From positions 49,941-113,940 of the forward strand of contig JAUIER010000009.1 of assembly GCA_030429765.1 (NCBI GenBank): a stretch of DNA of 64,000 nucleotides, in the 5' to 3' direction. Below, in pieces: positions 18,298-28,709 of this stretch (the stretch's first letter is position 1; every line of letters begins with the position of its first letter). The position numbers and the translations under genes are program-made. This DNA is from a bacterium. GTDB lineage: Bacteria; Omnitrophota; Gorgyraeia; Zapsychrales; Zapsychraceae. The notes beneath the pieces are model-generated. The model did no database searches. It had not been told where the DNA came from and saw nothing but the letters and a program-made list of their open reading frames with translations.

Positions 18298-19310
18298 TCG
18301 TTGTTTTTAAGCCGGATGCAACACCGGATCAGATCAATCAAATCTTAACCAAAGCCGAACAACTTGGTCTCAAGACGAATGTGTCGGAGGGGGTCGAGCG
18401 GACCATTGTCGGATTAATTGGTCCCGAGGAAGTTTTACAGGTCACACCGCTGGAGGTTTTTGAAGGGGTTGAGCGGGTGATACCTGTTTTGGCGCCGTAC
18501 CGCTTGGTATCCCGCGAGTATCAGGCAGATAATTCGATCGTGAGCCTGTCGGATGACGTCAAGATCGGCGGTGAACAACTGCATGTGATGGCTGGGCCGT
18601 GTTCCATTGAGAGTCTTGACGGGATGGATCGAATCGCCAGACAGGCGCGCGAAGGCGGAGCAACGATTCTGCGCGGGGGCGCATTCAAGCCGCGTACGTC
18701 TCCGTATGATTTTCAGGGCATGGGCGAAGAGGGCTTGAAGATTCTCAAGGATGTCGGTGAGAAATATGGTATGGCGACCGTGACGGAGGTGATGGACGCA
18801 CGGGACATTGATTTGATTTGCCGGTACGCGGACATGCTGCAGATCGGCGCGAGAAATATGCAGAATTTCACATTGCTTAAGGAAGTCGGTAAGGCCAAGA
18901 AGCCCGTTTTGCTCAAGCGCGGGATCAGCGCGACGATCAAGGAATGGTTGATGTGCGCCGAGTATATTTTGGCCAATGGAAATTTTAATGTGGTCTTCTG
19001 CGAACGCGGTATTCGAACGTATGAAACAGCTACGCGCAACACGCTGGATATCAACGCGGTAGGCGTGGTCAAACAGCTGTCGCATTTGCCGATCATTGTC
19101 GATCCCAGTCATGCCACGGGACGGTGGGGCTTAGTGGCGCCGGCGGCGCGGGCGGCGGTAGCGGCCGGTTGTGACGGATTGATGATTGAGGTCCATGATA
19201 ATCCCAAAGAGGCATTTTCCGATGGGGGACAATCACTGGTGCCTGAGAAATTCAGTGCTTTAATGCAGGAATTAAGACCGATTGCACAGGCGGTCAACAG
19301 AAAATTATAA
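18294..19310 (+). CDS. aroF: DAHP synthase (class I beta, N-terminal regulatory domain)
   Basis: AGPCSIE, RGGAFKPRTSPY, QIGARNMQN, CERGIR, DPSHATG; ATG 18294 overlaps the hisC stop. Confidence 0.93.
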   Translation: MIVVFKPDATPDQINQILTKAEQLGLKTNVSEGVERTIVGLIGPEEVLQVTPLEVFEGVERVIPVLAPYRLVSREYQADNSIVSLSDDVKIGGEQLHVMAGPCSIESLDGMDRIARQAREGGATILRGGAFKPRTSPYDFQGMGEEGLKILKDVGEKYGMATVTEVMDARDIDLICRYADMLQIGARNMQNFTLLKEVGKAKKPVLLKRGISATIKEWLMCAEYILANGNFNVVFCERGIRTYETATRNTLDINAVGVVKQLSHLPIIVDPSHATGRWGLVAPAARAAVAAGCDGLMIEVHDNPKEAFSDGGQSLVPEKFSALMQELRPIAQAVNRKL

Positions 19311-19331
19311 CTTACAAACAAGCAGGTTGAT

Positions 19332-20219
19332 ATGATAGGGAAATCGAAATTTATCTTTAAGCGGGTCACGATTGTTGGTGTGGGGCTGATGGGCGGATCA
19401 TTGGGATTGGCGCTCAAAAAGAACAATGTAGCCAAGGAAGTAACAGGGTTATCTCACCGGAAGGCCTCATTAGAAAAGGCCAAAGAAATTGGAGCGATCG
19501 ATGTCGGACAGGCGGACGTGAAGAAGGCCGTTGAGAAGGCCGATTTGATCGTGTTGTCGACACCGGTCGATGATATTATCAAGCTTTTAAAAACCATCAG
19601 CCCGTACGTCAAGCGCGGGATGATCGTCACGGACGTTGGAAGTACCAAACAGGAAATTGTCGAGGCAGCCGAAGAAATTTTGCCGTACCCCGGAAACTTT
19701 GTCGGCAGTCATCCGTTGGTCGGTTCAGAGAAAAAAGGCGTTGCCAATGCCAAGGAAGACTTGTTTATCGATTCGCTGTGTGTCATGACACCGACGAATA
19801 AAACCAGTCAGATGAGCAAGGCCAAGGTTCAGCAGATGTGGAAACGTGTGGGAGCGGAGGTCAAGAATCTGAACCCCGCGGACCACGACGACAGTTTGGC
19901 CTATATCAGTCATCTGCCGCACCTGGTGGCTTACGGAGTGATGGAGGCCTTACCTGATAAATATTTGGAGCTGGCGACGCAGGGTTTACGTGACACCACA
20001 CGTATTGCCGCGTCTTCGCCGAAGATGTGGAATGATATTTGCATGTCTAATGTCAAGAATGTGGTCAAATCGTTGGATGAGCTTATTGCATGCATGTCCG
20101 AGTTGAGACTGGCCATTATTAACCGTGACGACAAGGTCCTAACCAAGCACTTTACCGTGGCCAAAGAGAAGCGGGACAAGATCGCCAAGGTTTCACATAA
20201 GGCCGAAGTCACAGAATGA
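19332..20219 (+). CDS. tyrA: Prephenate/arogenate dehydrogenase
   Basis: GVGLMGGS, DVGSTK, GSHPLVGSE, SHLPH, RDTTRIA. Confidence 0.92.
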   Translation: MIGKSKFIFKRVTIVGVGLMGGSLGLALKKNNVAKEVTGLSHRKASLEKAKEIGAIDVGQADVKKAVEKADLIVLSTPVDDIIKLLKTISPYVKRGMIVTDVGSTKQEIVEAAEEILPYPGNFVGSHPLVGSEKKGVANAKEDLFIDSLCVMTPTNKTSQMSKAKVQQMWKRVGAEVKNLNPADHDDSLAYISHLPHLVAYGVMEALPDKYLELATQGLRDTTRIAASSPKMWNDICMSNVKNVVKSLDELIACMSELRLAIINRDDKVLTKHFTVAKEKRDKIAKVSHKAEVTE

Positions 20220-20905
20220 CGGTCACCGAAGACCTGTCTCCAGGTAAGACGGTGATTACGATCGATGGCCCGGCGGGGGCAGGTAAAAGCACTGTCGCCA
20301 AACAATTGGCCAATCGATTGGGTTATACATATCTCGACACTGGCGCGATGTATCGCGCGATCACACTCAAAGCCTTATCCGAGTCTGCGGATCTCAATGA
20401 CGAAGAGCAGTTGCAGCGAATTGCGGCTGATTCCACGGTTGATCTTACGTACCAGGACGGCAAGGTCACGGTTAATCTTGATGGGCAGGATGTCAGCGAG
20501 GCCATCCGGGCTCCGGAGGTGACCGGTAACATCCGGACCATTGCGAATGCTGAGGGAGTCCGGAAAATTCTGGTGAACCTGCAGCGACAGTATGCCGCAC
20601 AAAAAGATCTGGTTGTCGAAGGGCGCGATGTGGGCACGGTGGTGTTTCCCTCAGCCCATTACAAATTTTATCTGGATGCCGATGTGCAGGAACGGGCTCG
20701 CCGCCGGCGGGAGGATTTTAAATCCCGCGGTGATCAGGTGAGCGATGATCAATTGAAGCAGGAAATTGAATTACGGGATCAGAATGATATGAATCGAAAA
20801 GTCGGGGCTCTTAAAAAAGCGGACGACGCGATTGTGATCAATTCCACCGGCCTCAGCATTGACGAGGTGGTTGATCGGATGATCGGAATTATCAAGCATG
20901 GATAA
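20216..20905 (+). CDS. cmk: Cytidylate kinase
   Basis: IDGPAGAGKST, DTGAMYR, EGRDVGTVVFP. Confidence 0.96.
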   Translation: MTVTEDLSPGKTVITIDGPAGAGKSTVAKQLANRLGYTYLDTGAMYRAITLKALSESADLNDEEQLQRIAADSTVDLTYQDGKVTVNLDGQDVSEAIRAPEVTGNIRTIANAEGVRKILVNLQRQYAAQKDLVVEGRDVGTVVFPSAHYKFYLDADVQERARRRREDFKSRGDQVSDDQLKQEIELRDQNDMNRKVGALKKADDAIVINSTGLSIDEVVDRMIGIIKHG

Positions 20906-22688
20906 ATCACGCATACGAAATTTTTCAATCATTGCGCACATCGACCATGGAAAGTCGACATTGGCCGACCGGTTGCTGTTGACCACGGGAGCGATTGATG
21001 AACGCAAGTTCAAGAATCAGTTGCTCGATGACATGGATCTGGAACGTGAGCGAGGGATTACAATTAAAGCCTCAGCGGTACGGATTAAATACAAGGCGCA
21101 GGACGGAGAGGACTATGTGTTCAATCTGATCGACACCCCCGGACACGTGGATTTTTCGTATGAAGTCGAGAAGTCATTACGCGCCTGCGAAGGTGCGTTG
21201 CTGGTGAGCGACGCGTCGCAAGGGGTCGAATCTCAGACCGTCGCGAACTTTTATTTAGCCATCGAAAACAATCTGGAGATTCTGCCGGTCATTAACAAGA
21301 TCGATATTGCCAATATCGATCTGGATTATGCCAAGCTGCAGTTGATGGAGGTCTTTAATTTTGATGACAAGGATATCGTGTGTGTCTCTGCGAAAGAAGG
21401 TACGGGGATTATTGAGCTGTTCGAAAAAATCATCAAGTTTATTCCGCCACCCGACGGCAAGGACGACGATCCGCTCGAGGCCCTGATCTTCGACATGAAG
21501 TATGACATCTACAAGGGGATCATCATCTATGTGCGTTTGTATAATGGCGTGCTGAAACCGGGTATGAAGATCCGGATGATGAATATGGACAAGCAGCTCA
21601 CGGTTGAGGAATTAGGCGTGTTTGTGCCCGAGATCACCAAGACCAACGATTTGTTGGCCGGTGAGGTAGGATACATCACCTGTAACATCCATGATCCTAG
21701 CGAAGTTCGGGTGGGCGATACAATTACGGATCCCAAAAATCCGGTGGCCCAGCCGCTGGAGGGATATCGAACGTTGAATCCGCTGGTGTTCTGTGGAGTG
21801 TATCCCGTTAACTCCAAGGACTTTATGGGTCTCAGAGAGGCCATCAGCAAATTGCGTTTGAATGATCCGAGTTTTGTGTATGAGCCGGAGTCGTCGCAGT
21901 CCTTCGGTCATGGTTTTCGATGCGGTTTTCTGGGCCTGCTGCATATGGAGATTGTCCAGGAACGGCTGCAGCGGGAGTACGGTCTAAACTTGATTTTGAC
22001 GACGCCTAACGTGAAGTATCAAATTCGACATAAGGACGGCAAGCTGACCTATCTGGAAAGTCCCAACGAACTACCCGACGCGGGATCCTATGAATCGATT
22101 GAAGAGCCGACATTGACGGTGACGATCATGACGCCGGTGAGCCATATGGACGGGGTCATGGAATTATCCAAGCAGAAGCGGGGAACGTTTGTCAGCAGCG
22201 AATATGTGTCCGACCGCATGCGGATTGTCTTTGATATTCCGTTGTCGGAGGTCATTGTGGATTTCAATGATAAGATCAAATCCATCACCCGGGGCTATGG
22301 ATCGATCGATTATAAATTTAAAGGATATGTGCCGACAAAGGTTTCAAAACTTGATATATTAATTAACGATAAGATTTGCGATGCGTTTTCATTTTTGGTT
22401 CACAAAGAGCGGGCCTATGAAAAGGGGCTCGGGCTGGTGACCAAGCTCAAGGAGCTGATCCCGCAGCAGCTTTTTGAAGTGCGGGTGCAGGCGACATGCG
22501 ACGGACGAATTATTTCGAGTGCCCGGGTCAAGTCGGCCGGCAAGAACGTCACGGCCAAGTGTTACGGCGGGGATATTACCCGTAAGCGCAAGTTGTGGGA
22601 GAAGCAGAAAGAGGGTAAGAAAAAGCTCAAGCAAATCGGAAATGTCGAGCTGCCGCAGGAGGCGTTTACCGCGGCGCTCAAACTCTAG
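20898..22688 (+). CDS. lepA: Elongation factor 4
   Basis: RNFSIIAHIDHGKSTLADR, DTPGHVDF, CGFLGLLHMEI, KCYGGDITRKRKL. Confidence 0.98.
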   Translation: MDKSRIRNFSIIAHIDHGKSTLADRLLLTTGAIDERKFKNQLLDDMDLERERGITIKASAVRIKYKAQDGEDYVFNLIDTPGHVDFSYEVEKSLRACEGALLVSDASQGVESQTVANFYLAIENNLEILPVINKIDIANIDLDYAKLQLMEVFNFDDKDIVCVSAKEGTGIIELFEKIIKFIPPPDGKDDDPLEALIFDMKYDIYKGIIIYVRLYNGVLKPGMKIRMMNMDKQLTVEELGVFVPEITKTNDLLAGEVGYITCNIHDPSEVRVGDTITDPKNPVAQPLEGYRTLNPLVFCGVYPVNSKDFMGLREAISKLRLNDPSFVYEPESSQSFGHGFRCGFLGLLHMEIVQERLQREYGLNLILTTPNVKYQIRHKDGKLTYLESPNELPDAGSYESIEEPTLTVTIMTPVSHMDGVMELSKQKRGTFVSSEYVSDRMRIVFDIPLSEVIVDFNDKIKSITRGYGSIDYKFKGYVPTKVSKLDILINDKICDAFSFLVHKERAYEKGLGLVTKLKELIPQQLFEVRVQATCDGRIISSARVKSAGKNVTAKCYGGDITRKRKLWEKQKEGKKKLKQIGNVELPQEAFTAALKL

Positions 22689-22697
22689 CAGGCCAAC

Positions 22698-23279
22698 ATG
22701 TCAAATATCTGGGCTAAAAATTCAACCGTCCGAGAATGGGTCGAGTCGATCGTCATTGCCTTTATCCTGGCGATGCTGATCCGCACGTTTTTTATTCAAG
22801 CCTTCAAAATTCCCAGTGGTTCCATGCGGTTGACGTTGATCGAGGGTGACCGGTTGATGGTCAATAAATTACGCTACGGTCCGAAGGTCCCGTTCTCAAC
22901 CAAGCGCATGCCCGGCATTTCAGAACCGCAACGCGGTGACATTATCGTCTTTGAATATCCCAAAGATCCGGATCGTGATTTTATTAAGCGGCTGGTGGCC
23001 CTCGGAGGCGAGACTATTGAAATCAAGAACGGTGATATCTATATCGACGAAGAGTTGGTCACCGAACCGCGGATCAAGAATGTCTATCACTATAACAAAG
23101 GGCCTTATGGGCAGGAAGGCCAGCCGTATGTGGTGCCCGAGGGGTACGTATTTGTGCTGGGCGACAACAGTTCTTCCAGTCATGACAGCCGATTCTGGGG
23201 CGTTGTCCCGGTCGAAAATATTATTGGACGGGCGGAAGTGATTTATTGGCCGTTTAACCGGATCAGGATTTTGGACTAA
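22698..23279 (+). CDS. lepB: Signal peptidase I
   Basis: IPSGSM, FIKR, GDN...S.DSRFWG. Confidence 0.95.
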   Translation: MSNIWAKNSTVREWVESIVIAFILAMLIRTFFIQAFKIPSGSMRLTLIEGDRLMVNKLRYGPKVPFSTKRMPGISEPQRGDIIVFEYPKDPDRDFIKRLVALGGETIEIKNGDIYIDEELVTEPRIKNVYHYNKGPYGQEGQPYVVPEGYVFVLGDNSSSSHDSRFWGVVPVENIIGRAEVIYWPFNRIRILD

Positions 23280-23629
23280 TGAAAACGCTCAGATTTATTA
23301 TTTGTGTATGTACGGTTGTCAGTCTATCGGCTTGTGGAACGATCCAGAAGAAAAAGAATCAGATTGAGTATCTCAAGGAAAGTCAGGAGGCCCTTGGAAC
23401 GATTGCCGAGGCGGTCACCGGAATGCCGCTGACGGAAGAAGAGAAGAAGGCCCTGGAAAAACAGTTGCGTAGTGATCCTGAGGCCCAAGCCGCGGTCGAG
23501 TCGATTGCCAATTCACTCTCCGAACCGGTTCGGATGAAGTATTCTCCGGTGACAGGAAAGCGCTACGCACCGCATTTAGATTATGATCCAGAGACCGGAG
23601 CCCAACTGCTCTGGCTGGATGACGAATAA
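23279..23629 (+). CDS. Small lipoprotein, function unknown
   Basis: Lipobox LSAC; C-terminal YSPVTGKRY...DPETG resembles a degenerate zinc ribbon. Confidence 0.6.
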   Translation: MKTLRFIICVCTVVSLSACGTIQKKKNQIEYLKESQEALGTIAEAVTGMPLTEEEKKALEKQLRSDPEAQAAVESIANSLSEPVRMKYSPVTGKRYAPHLDYDPETGAQLLWLDDE

Positions 23630-23641
23630 TCCCCGTCTATT

Positions 23642-24268
23642 ATGATTATTTTGGCTGTCGGAATCATCATCAGTTATCTCGTCGGATCCATCCCTACCGC
23701 TTATATTTTCGGAAAATTACTCAAAGGCATTGACATTCGACGGCATGGCTCCGGAAATGTTGGAGCAACCAATGTGTTCAGGGTCCTCGGGAAAGTCCCC
23801 GGGATCATCGTGTTAGCCCTGGATATCTACAAGGGTTTTTGGGTTGTCGGTATCGTCTCGGAAGTGTTGGGACTGATCCTCCCGTGGGAGCGCGTGGTGC
23901 TGTGTGTGGCCGTGGTTCTCGGCCATAATTACACTTTATTTCTTGGATTCAAGGGGGGTAAGGGGGTGGCCACGAGTCTGGGGGCGCTGATCGGGCTGAC
24001 CTTGCGGATACCCTCGATTCTACCCGTATTACTGTTGACGTTAGGGGCCTTCCTGGTGGTCTTTGTGACGTCACGTATTGTATCGTTATCTTCAATAGTG
24101 GCGGCGATTTGTCTGCCGATTCTGATGTGGCTGACACCGCAACCGCTTGAAATCCGTCTACTAGGACTGGTATTCGGCCTTTTCGTGGTGTATCGTCATC
24201 GTCCCAATATCCAGCGGTTACGGGCCGGGGAAGAGCCCCGGGTGCCGCTGTTCGGGAAGAAAAAATAA
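23642..24268 (+). CDS. plsY: Glycerol-3-phosphate acyltransferase
   Basis: YLVGSIP, GSGNVGATN, GH...FKGGKGVAT, RH..NI.RL..G.E. Confidence 0.95.
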   Translation: MIILAVGIIISYLVGSIPTAYIFGKLLKGIDIRRHGSGNVGATNVFRVLGKVPGIIVLALDIYKGFWVVGIVSEVLGLILPWERVVLCVAVVLGHNYTLFLGFKGGKGVATSLGALIGLTLRIPSILPVLLLTLGAFLVVFVTSRIVSLSSIVAAICLPILMWLTPQPLEIRLLGLVFGLFVVYRHRPNIQRLRAGEEPRVPLFGKKK

Positions 24269-24521
24269 CGTAAGTATATGGAAATAATATATTTACAGAA
24301 TATTATCTGCTAAATTCCCTCCAATTAAGATATCGCCACCATCCATATGAATTAAAAGTTTTTTCAGGTATCACCTCAAAGCTGTATCCAATCCTCGTCG
24401 AGAGTGGAAGCAGAAAACGTTTTCCCGTATTTGGGGCTGTCGTCTTGTGAAGCCCCCCGTGGGTGTTATACTTTCATTGTCCCGGGTTAATTAGGATTTG
24501 GGTCAAGAGAAGGATACCTCG

Positions 24522-24878
24522 ATGAAAACAATGGTCTTCAGACGCAACAAGGATGTCAATCGCGGGACAAAGTTTTTACAGATTTGCTCCCGATACCAAG
24601 ATAAAGAATGCAGCACGATCGTCCGTAAAGGATTTCTGTACAAAGTCAAACGGGCGCCGAATTTGGAGCCCAAGATCGAATCTCCCCAGGTGTATATCCG
24701 AAAATATATCGACACGCGGGCTGGCATTGAGAAATTCAGCTTCAGGGTCAAAGGCACCTTCTATATGACTCACGAGCGGGTGCTGATGCAGGTGGATTTT
24801 CATCATTCGCTGCATATCAAAATCATCTGGAAGAACAAAAAGAACTTCTCCCCCAAAAAGTCAGAGAGTCTGACTTAA
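24522..24878 (+). CDS. Small basic hypothetical protein
   Basis: AAGGA RBS, Lys/Arg-rich ORF followed by a terminator. Confidence 0.55.
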   Translation: MKTMVFRRNKDVNRGTKFLQICSRYQDKECSTIVRKGFLYKVKRAPNLEPKIESPQVYIRKYIDTRAGIEKFSFRVKGTFYMTHERVLMQVDFHHSLHIKIIWKNKKNFSPKKSESLT

Positions 24879-24896
24879 TCGCCTGTATAAGGCATT

Positions 24897-24932
24897 AATA
24901 GCGGAAGGATTTTTCCTTCCGCTATTTTTTTG
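24897..24932 (+). terminator. Rho-independent terminator
   Basis: AATAGCGGAAGGA/TCCTTCCGCTATT stem followed by a T run. Confidence 0.8.
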
Positions 24933-25039
24933 TTCCTGGTCGGAAAATCGTAAAAGCAGTCATGAAAGTTCTTGCTTATCGGGGGTAATTTTTGATAAAC
25001 TACCCTCAGTCAATTATTACTCTTTTACTTTTCCGTTTG

Positions 25040-25780
25040 ATGCAAAAATTCCTTTCAATTATCTTTATCCTATTCCTGACAACAGGATGTGCCACCTTGA
25101 GATCCGAAACTCCCGCTCCGATGGTATCTGATGAAATTATCATTGATGAGACGGTCGCGGTGCAGGAAGCGCTGGAGAATATTCCAGCACCTGAAACCGC
25201 TATCGAGATGGATCCTGTCGAGGCGCCCGTGGAGATTGAGATGCCTCAGGAAGTCGTCGAGCCCACTGGTGAACCTGATATCGAACCGCCGGAGTTGATG
25301 GGATTTGTTTTTGCCAAGACAATTTTTGAAGGGGTTCTAAAAACCAATTATGTCCGACTGAAATTTGTCAATGCCGACCATCCGGAACGGACATATGAAC
25401 TGCATATCGGTGAGAAGGAACCGCAGCTGCCATTTGCGTTCAACGTGAAGACGGTGAACCCGGGATACTTCTATATTGAATTGCCGGCGGGCAAATACCA
25501 GATTACGTCAGTGTCGATTCCGGTCGGTTCCGCGACCGCCACGGAGGATATTAATATTTCGTTTGAAGTTTTACCGGAGCAGATCAACTATTTGGGGACG
25601 CTTTCGCTGGTCGGGACCAAGGAGCGTATCAAATTGGGCGGTGTCCCAGTCATCCGTCCGGGTTTTGAGTATGAGGCGGCCGTTCTCAATGAGTTCGACG
25701 AAGGGGTCGCATCTTTCCAACAGCGTTTTCCCAACCTGCAAGGTACGGTTTCCAATCAACTGATGTCTCTCAATCAGTAG
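25040..25780 (+). CDS. Lipoprotein, function unknown
   Basis: Lipobox TTGC, acidic Pro-rich linker, beta-rich domain (PGYFYIELPAGKY). Confidence 0.6.
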   Translation: MQKFLSIIFILFLTTGCATLRSETPAPMVSDEIIIDETVAVQEALENIPAPETAIEMDPVEAPVEIEMPQEVVEPTGEPDIEPPELMGFVFAKTIFEGVLKTNYVRLKFVNADHPERTYELHIGEKEPQLPFAFNVKTVNPGYFYIELPAGKYQITSVSIPVGSATATEDINISFEVLPEQINYLGTLSLVGTKERIKLGGVPVIRPGFEYEAAVLNEFDEGVASFQQRFPNLQGTVSNQLMSLNQ

Positions 25781-25791
25781 TCGAAGATTCC

Positions 25792-27906
25792 ATGAAAAAT
25801 TATTCATCTCGCAGTCTCATGATTGGCTTGGCTCTGGTCTTTGGATTGTTTACGCAAGCTGTCCAGGCCCAAACCACCCCGGTGACCAAGGCTCACACCC
25901 AGGTCGAACTGGTCAGCCAATATTTGACGATCGTTGAAGGACGATCGTTCTACATAGGTCTGCGTCTGACCATGGAACCTGAATGGCATGTGTACTGGCG
26001 CAACCCCGGTGACTCGGGATTGCCACCCAAGATCAAGTGGGATCTGCCGCCGGGATACCGGGCCGACCCGATTACGTGGCCCCGGCCGGAGCGTATTGAC
26101 GCGCCGCCATTGGTTTCGTACGGCTATGAGGGGGATGTTTTTTTTCCAGTCAAGATCAGCGCGCCCGGTGACATCAAGAATCGGGCCAGCATCGACGTAC
26201 AGGCCAAGGTGAGTTGGTTGGCCTGCAAGGTCGAGTGTATTCCAGGTGTGGCGAACTTCAGTTTTTCCATTCCTGTTGTCAAAGAAAATGACAAACTCAA
26301 TCCAAAGTTCCGGGAACTCTACAAGGCGATTCGATTCAAACTTCCCGCCAAGGACATTCATGGCAAATATTCGGTATGGCAGACCGAAGACTCATTCATT
26401 ATTCGATATTTGCCGACGGATCTAATTGAAGGGATTCAGCAGGGCTACTTCTTTCCATATGATTCCAATGTGATTCAGGATGTTGAGCCGCAGAAATTCC
26501 GGGCCATTCCAGGTGGGTACGAGTTCGAAGTTCGTCAGTCGGAATTTTACCAGGAGCAGGATACCTATCGTCTCAAGGGAATTTTGACTTTTGACAAAAA
26601 AGGGTACGAAGAGATTCAGCCTATTGAAATTGATGTGCCGATTCAGGCCCGGCCGGCAGCCGTGAGCGGCAGCGTCGAGGAGATTCAGGGCTTTCAGAGC
26701 TTCTTCCTGGCCTTGGTGTTCGCGTTTTTGGGCGGGTTGATCCTCAATCTGATGCCATGTGTTTTGCCGGTGTTATCCATCAAGATTTTAAGTCTGGTAG
26801 AAAAATCACAGAAAGACAGTCGGGGATTGTTCGGGAGCGGGCTGCAGTTCACGGCGGGAATAATTGTCAGTTTTTGGGTATTGGCCGGAGCTATGCTGAT
26901 TCTCCGTCACGCGGGCAACCAGATCGGTTGGGGATTTCAGTTTCAGAGTCCGGCCTTTGTGGTCTCGATGGCGATTCTCTTTTTCATGTTGGCCCTGAAC
27001 CTGTTCGGTATGTTTGAGATCGGCGTCGGATTGACCCGGGTGAAATCCAGCGAGCATTCTTTTATGAATGGTGTGTTGGCGACTATTGTAGCGACGCCTT
27101 GTACCGCGCCGTTTATGGGATCCGCCTTGGGCTATACGTTGACGCAGCCGGCCTGGAATACATTTATGGTCTACACCGCGTTGGGCTTTGGGATGGCGTT
27201 TCCGTACTTACTGCTGACACGATATCCCGGTTTTCTTAAATTTGTCCCTAAACCCGGGGCCTGGATGAACACGATGAAGCAGTTTTTCGGATTCGTTCTC
27301 GCGGGGGTCGTGATCTGGCTGATGTGGGTCCTGTCGCTGCAGAAGAGTGAAGGGGCGGTTATCACCTTGGGCATTGGACTATTTTTCGTCGGATTCGGAT
27401 TTTGGGTCAATCGGATCCGAAAGCGCCGGGATATCGTACTTGCGGTCGCGGTCTTATGTTGGATTATCGGCGGAATTTTTGCCTACCAGGCCGTTCAGTT
27501 TCCCGCCCCGACGATCAGTGTCGCGTCTGATTCAGACAACAAATCTGCGGGTATTTCATGGGAGGCTTACACCCCGGAGCTGCTCGAGGGTTATATGTCC
27601 TCCGAGCGTCCGATTTTTCTTGACTTCACGGCAGCCTGGTGTTTATCATGTCAGGTGAACGACCGCGTTGTCTTCGGGCATCCCAAGGTCATTCAGAAGT
27701 TCAGGCAGCTGGACGTGGTCCCGATCAAGGCCGATTGGACCAATCATGATCCTCAAATCACCAAGGCCATCAATCAGTACGGCAAAAACAGCATCCCTTT
27801 ATACGTGCTTTATCCGCGTGACAAACGAAAGGATCCGGTCATTCTTCCGGAGCTGATCACGCCCGGGCTCGTGACCGATACGCTGACAGAATATGCCGGC
27901 GAGTAA
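25792..27906 (+). CDS. dsbD: DsbD-family thiol:disulfide interchange protein
   Basis: WHVYWRNPGDSG, C...CIP, LNLMPCVLPV, ATPCTAPF, PKPGAWM, FTAAWCLSC. Confidence 0.9.
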   Translation: MKNYSSRSLMIGLALVFGLFTQAVQAQTTPVTKAHTQVELVSQYLTIVEGRSFYIGLRLTMEPEWHVYWRNPGDSGLPPKIKWDLPPGYRADPITWPRPERIDAPPLVSYGYEGDVFFPVKISAPGDIKNRASIDVQAKVSWLACKVECIPGVANFSFSIPVVKENDKLNPKFRELYKAIRFKLPAKDIHGKYSVWQTEDSFIIRYLPTDLIEGIQQGYFFPYDSNVIQDVEPQKFRAIPGGYEFEVRQSEFYQEQDTYRLKGILTFDKKGYEEIQPIEIDVPIQARPAAVSGSVEEIQGFQSFFLALVFAFLGGLILNLMPCVLPVLSIKILSLVEKSQKDSRGLFGSGLQFTAGIIVSFWVLAGAMLILRHAGNQIGWGFQFQSPAFVVSMAILFFMLALNLFGMFEIGVGLTRVKSSEHSFMNGVLATIVATPCTAPFMGSALGYTLTQPAWNTFMVYTALGFGMAFPYLLLTRYPGFLKFVPKPGAWMNTMKQFFGFVLAGVVIWLMWVLSLQKSEGAVITLGIGLFFVGFGFWVNRIRKRRDIVLAVAVLCWIIGGIFAYQAVQFPAPTISVASDSDNKSAGISWEAYTPELLEGYMSSERPIFLDFTAAWCLSCQVNDRVVFGHPKVIQKFRQLDVVPIKADWTNHDPQITKAINQYGKNSIPLYVLYPRDKRKDPVILPELITPGLVTDTLTEYAGE

Positions 27907-27966
27907 TTTTGTTATCAATACAGTCAGCCAAATTTATACAATCGAACAAATTAGAGGAGGTCTCAC

Positions 27967-28578
27967 GTGAAAAAGTTTAAGACGGTTTTAAGCATGGCCG
28001 CAGCCATTATGATCGCCATGAGCGGGGCGGCGTACGCGGCGGTGACGAACAACAGTCCGGCGCCGGACTTTACGCTCACAGACTCAAACGGCAATTCACA
28101 TTCGCTGTCTGACTTTGCGGGAAAATATGTGGTGCTCGAATGGGTCAACTATGACTGTCCGTTTGTCAAAAAGTTCTACCGTTTTGGAGATATGCAGGGA
28201 TTGCAGGAAGACTTAACCGGACAGGATGTGATCTGGCTGTCGATCAATTCGTCAGCGACCGGTAAGCAAGGAGCGTACGGGCCGGATGAAGTCAATCAAA
28301 TTATGGCCAACAGCGAGGCCCAACCCACGGCGTATCTTTTCGATACCGACGGGACGGTGGGCCGTCTGTACGGCGCCAAAACGACACCTCACATGTATGT
28401 CATCAACCCGGACGGTGATTTGATCTATCAGGGTGCCATCGACAGCATTGCGAGTGTGGATTCGTCGGACATCGCTGAGGCGGACAACTACGTCCTTCAG
28501 GCTTTAAGCCAGGCATCAGCCGGTGATGCTATTACAGATCCCGTCACCAAACCCTACGGCTGTTCTGTAAAATACTAA
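27967..28578 (+). CDS. Periplasmic redoxin/thioredoxin-fold protein
   Basis: APDFTL, EWVNYDCPFV, AKTTPH, Y.GAID, C-terminal PYGCSVKY. Confidence 0.85.
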   Translation: MKKFKTVLSMAAAIMIAMSGAAYAAVTNNSPAPDFTLTDSNGNSHSLSDFAGKYVVLEWVNYDCPFVKKFYRFGDMQGLQEDLTGQDVIWLSINSSATGKQGAYGPDEVNQIMANSEAQPTAYLFDTDGTVGRLYGAKTTPHMYVINPDGDLIYQGAIDSIASVDSSDIAEADNYVLQALSQASAGDAITDPVTKPYGCSVKY

Positions 28579-28709
28579 TCCTAAATACTGAAATTTCATC
28601 CATTGACGCCGACCTTCCTGTGCTAGAATGGCCCGTGACAGCGGGTTCACGTCGGGCATAGCATGGATCGGCGTCAGTTTCAAATCTCGACTATCGACAG
28701 GAATAATCC

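Noticed and set aside
28603-28680. SRP RNA or 6S RNA
   Set aside because: Lacks the SRP domain IV motif (CAGG-GNRA-AGCAG) and is too short for 6S
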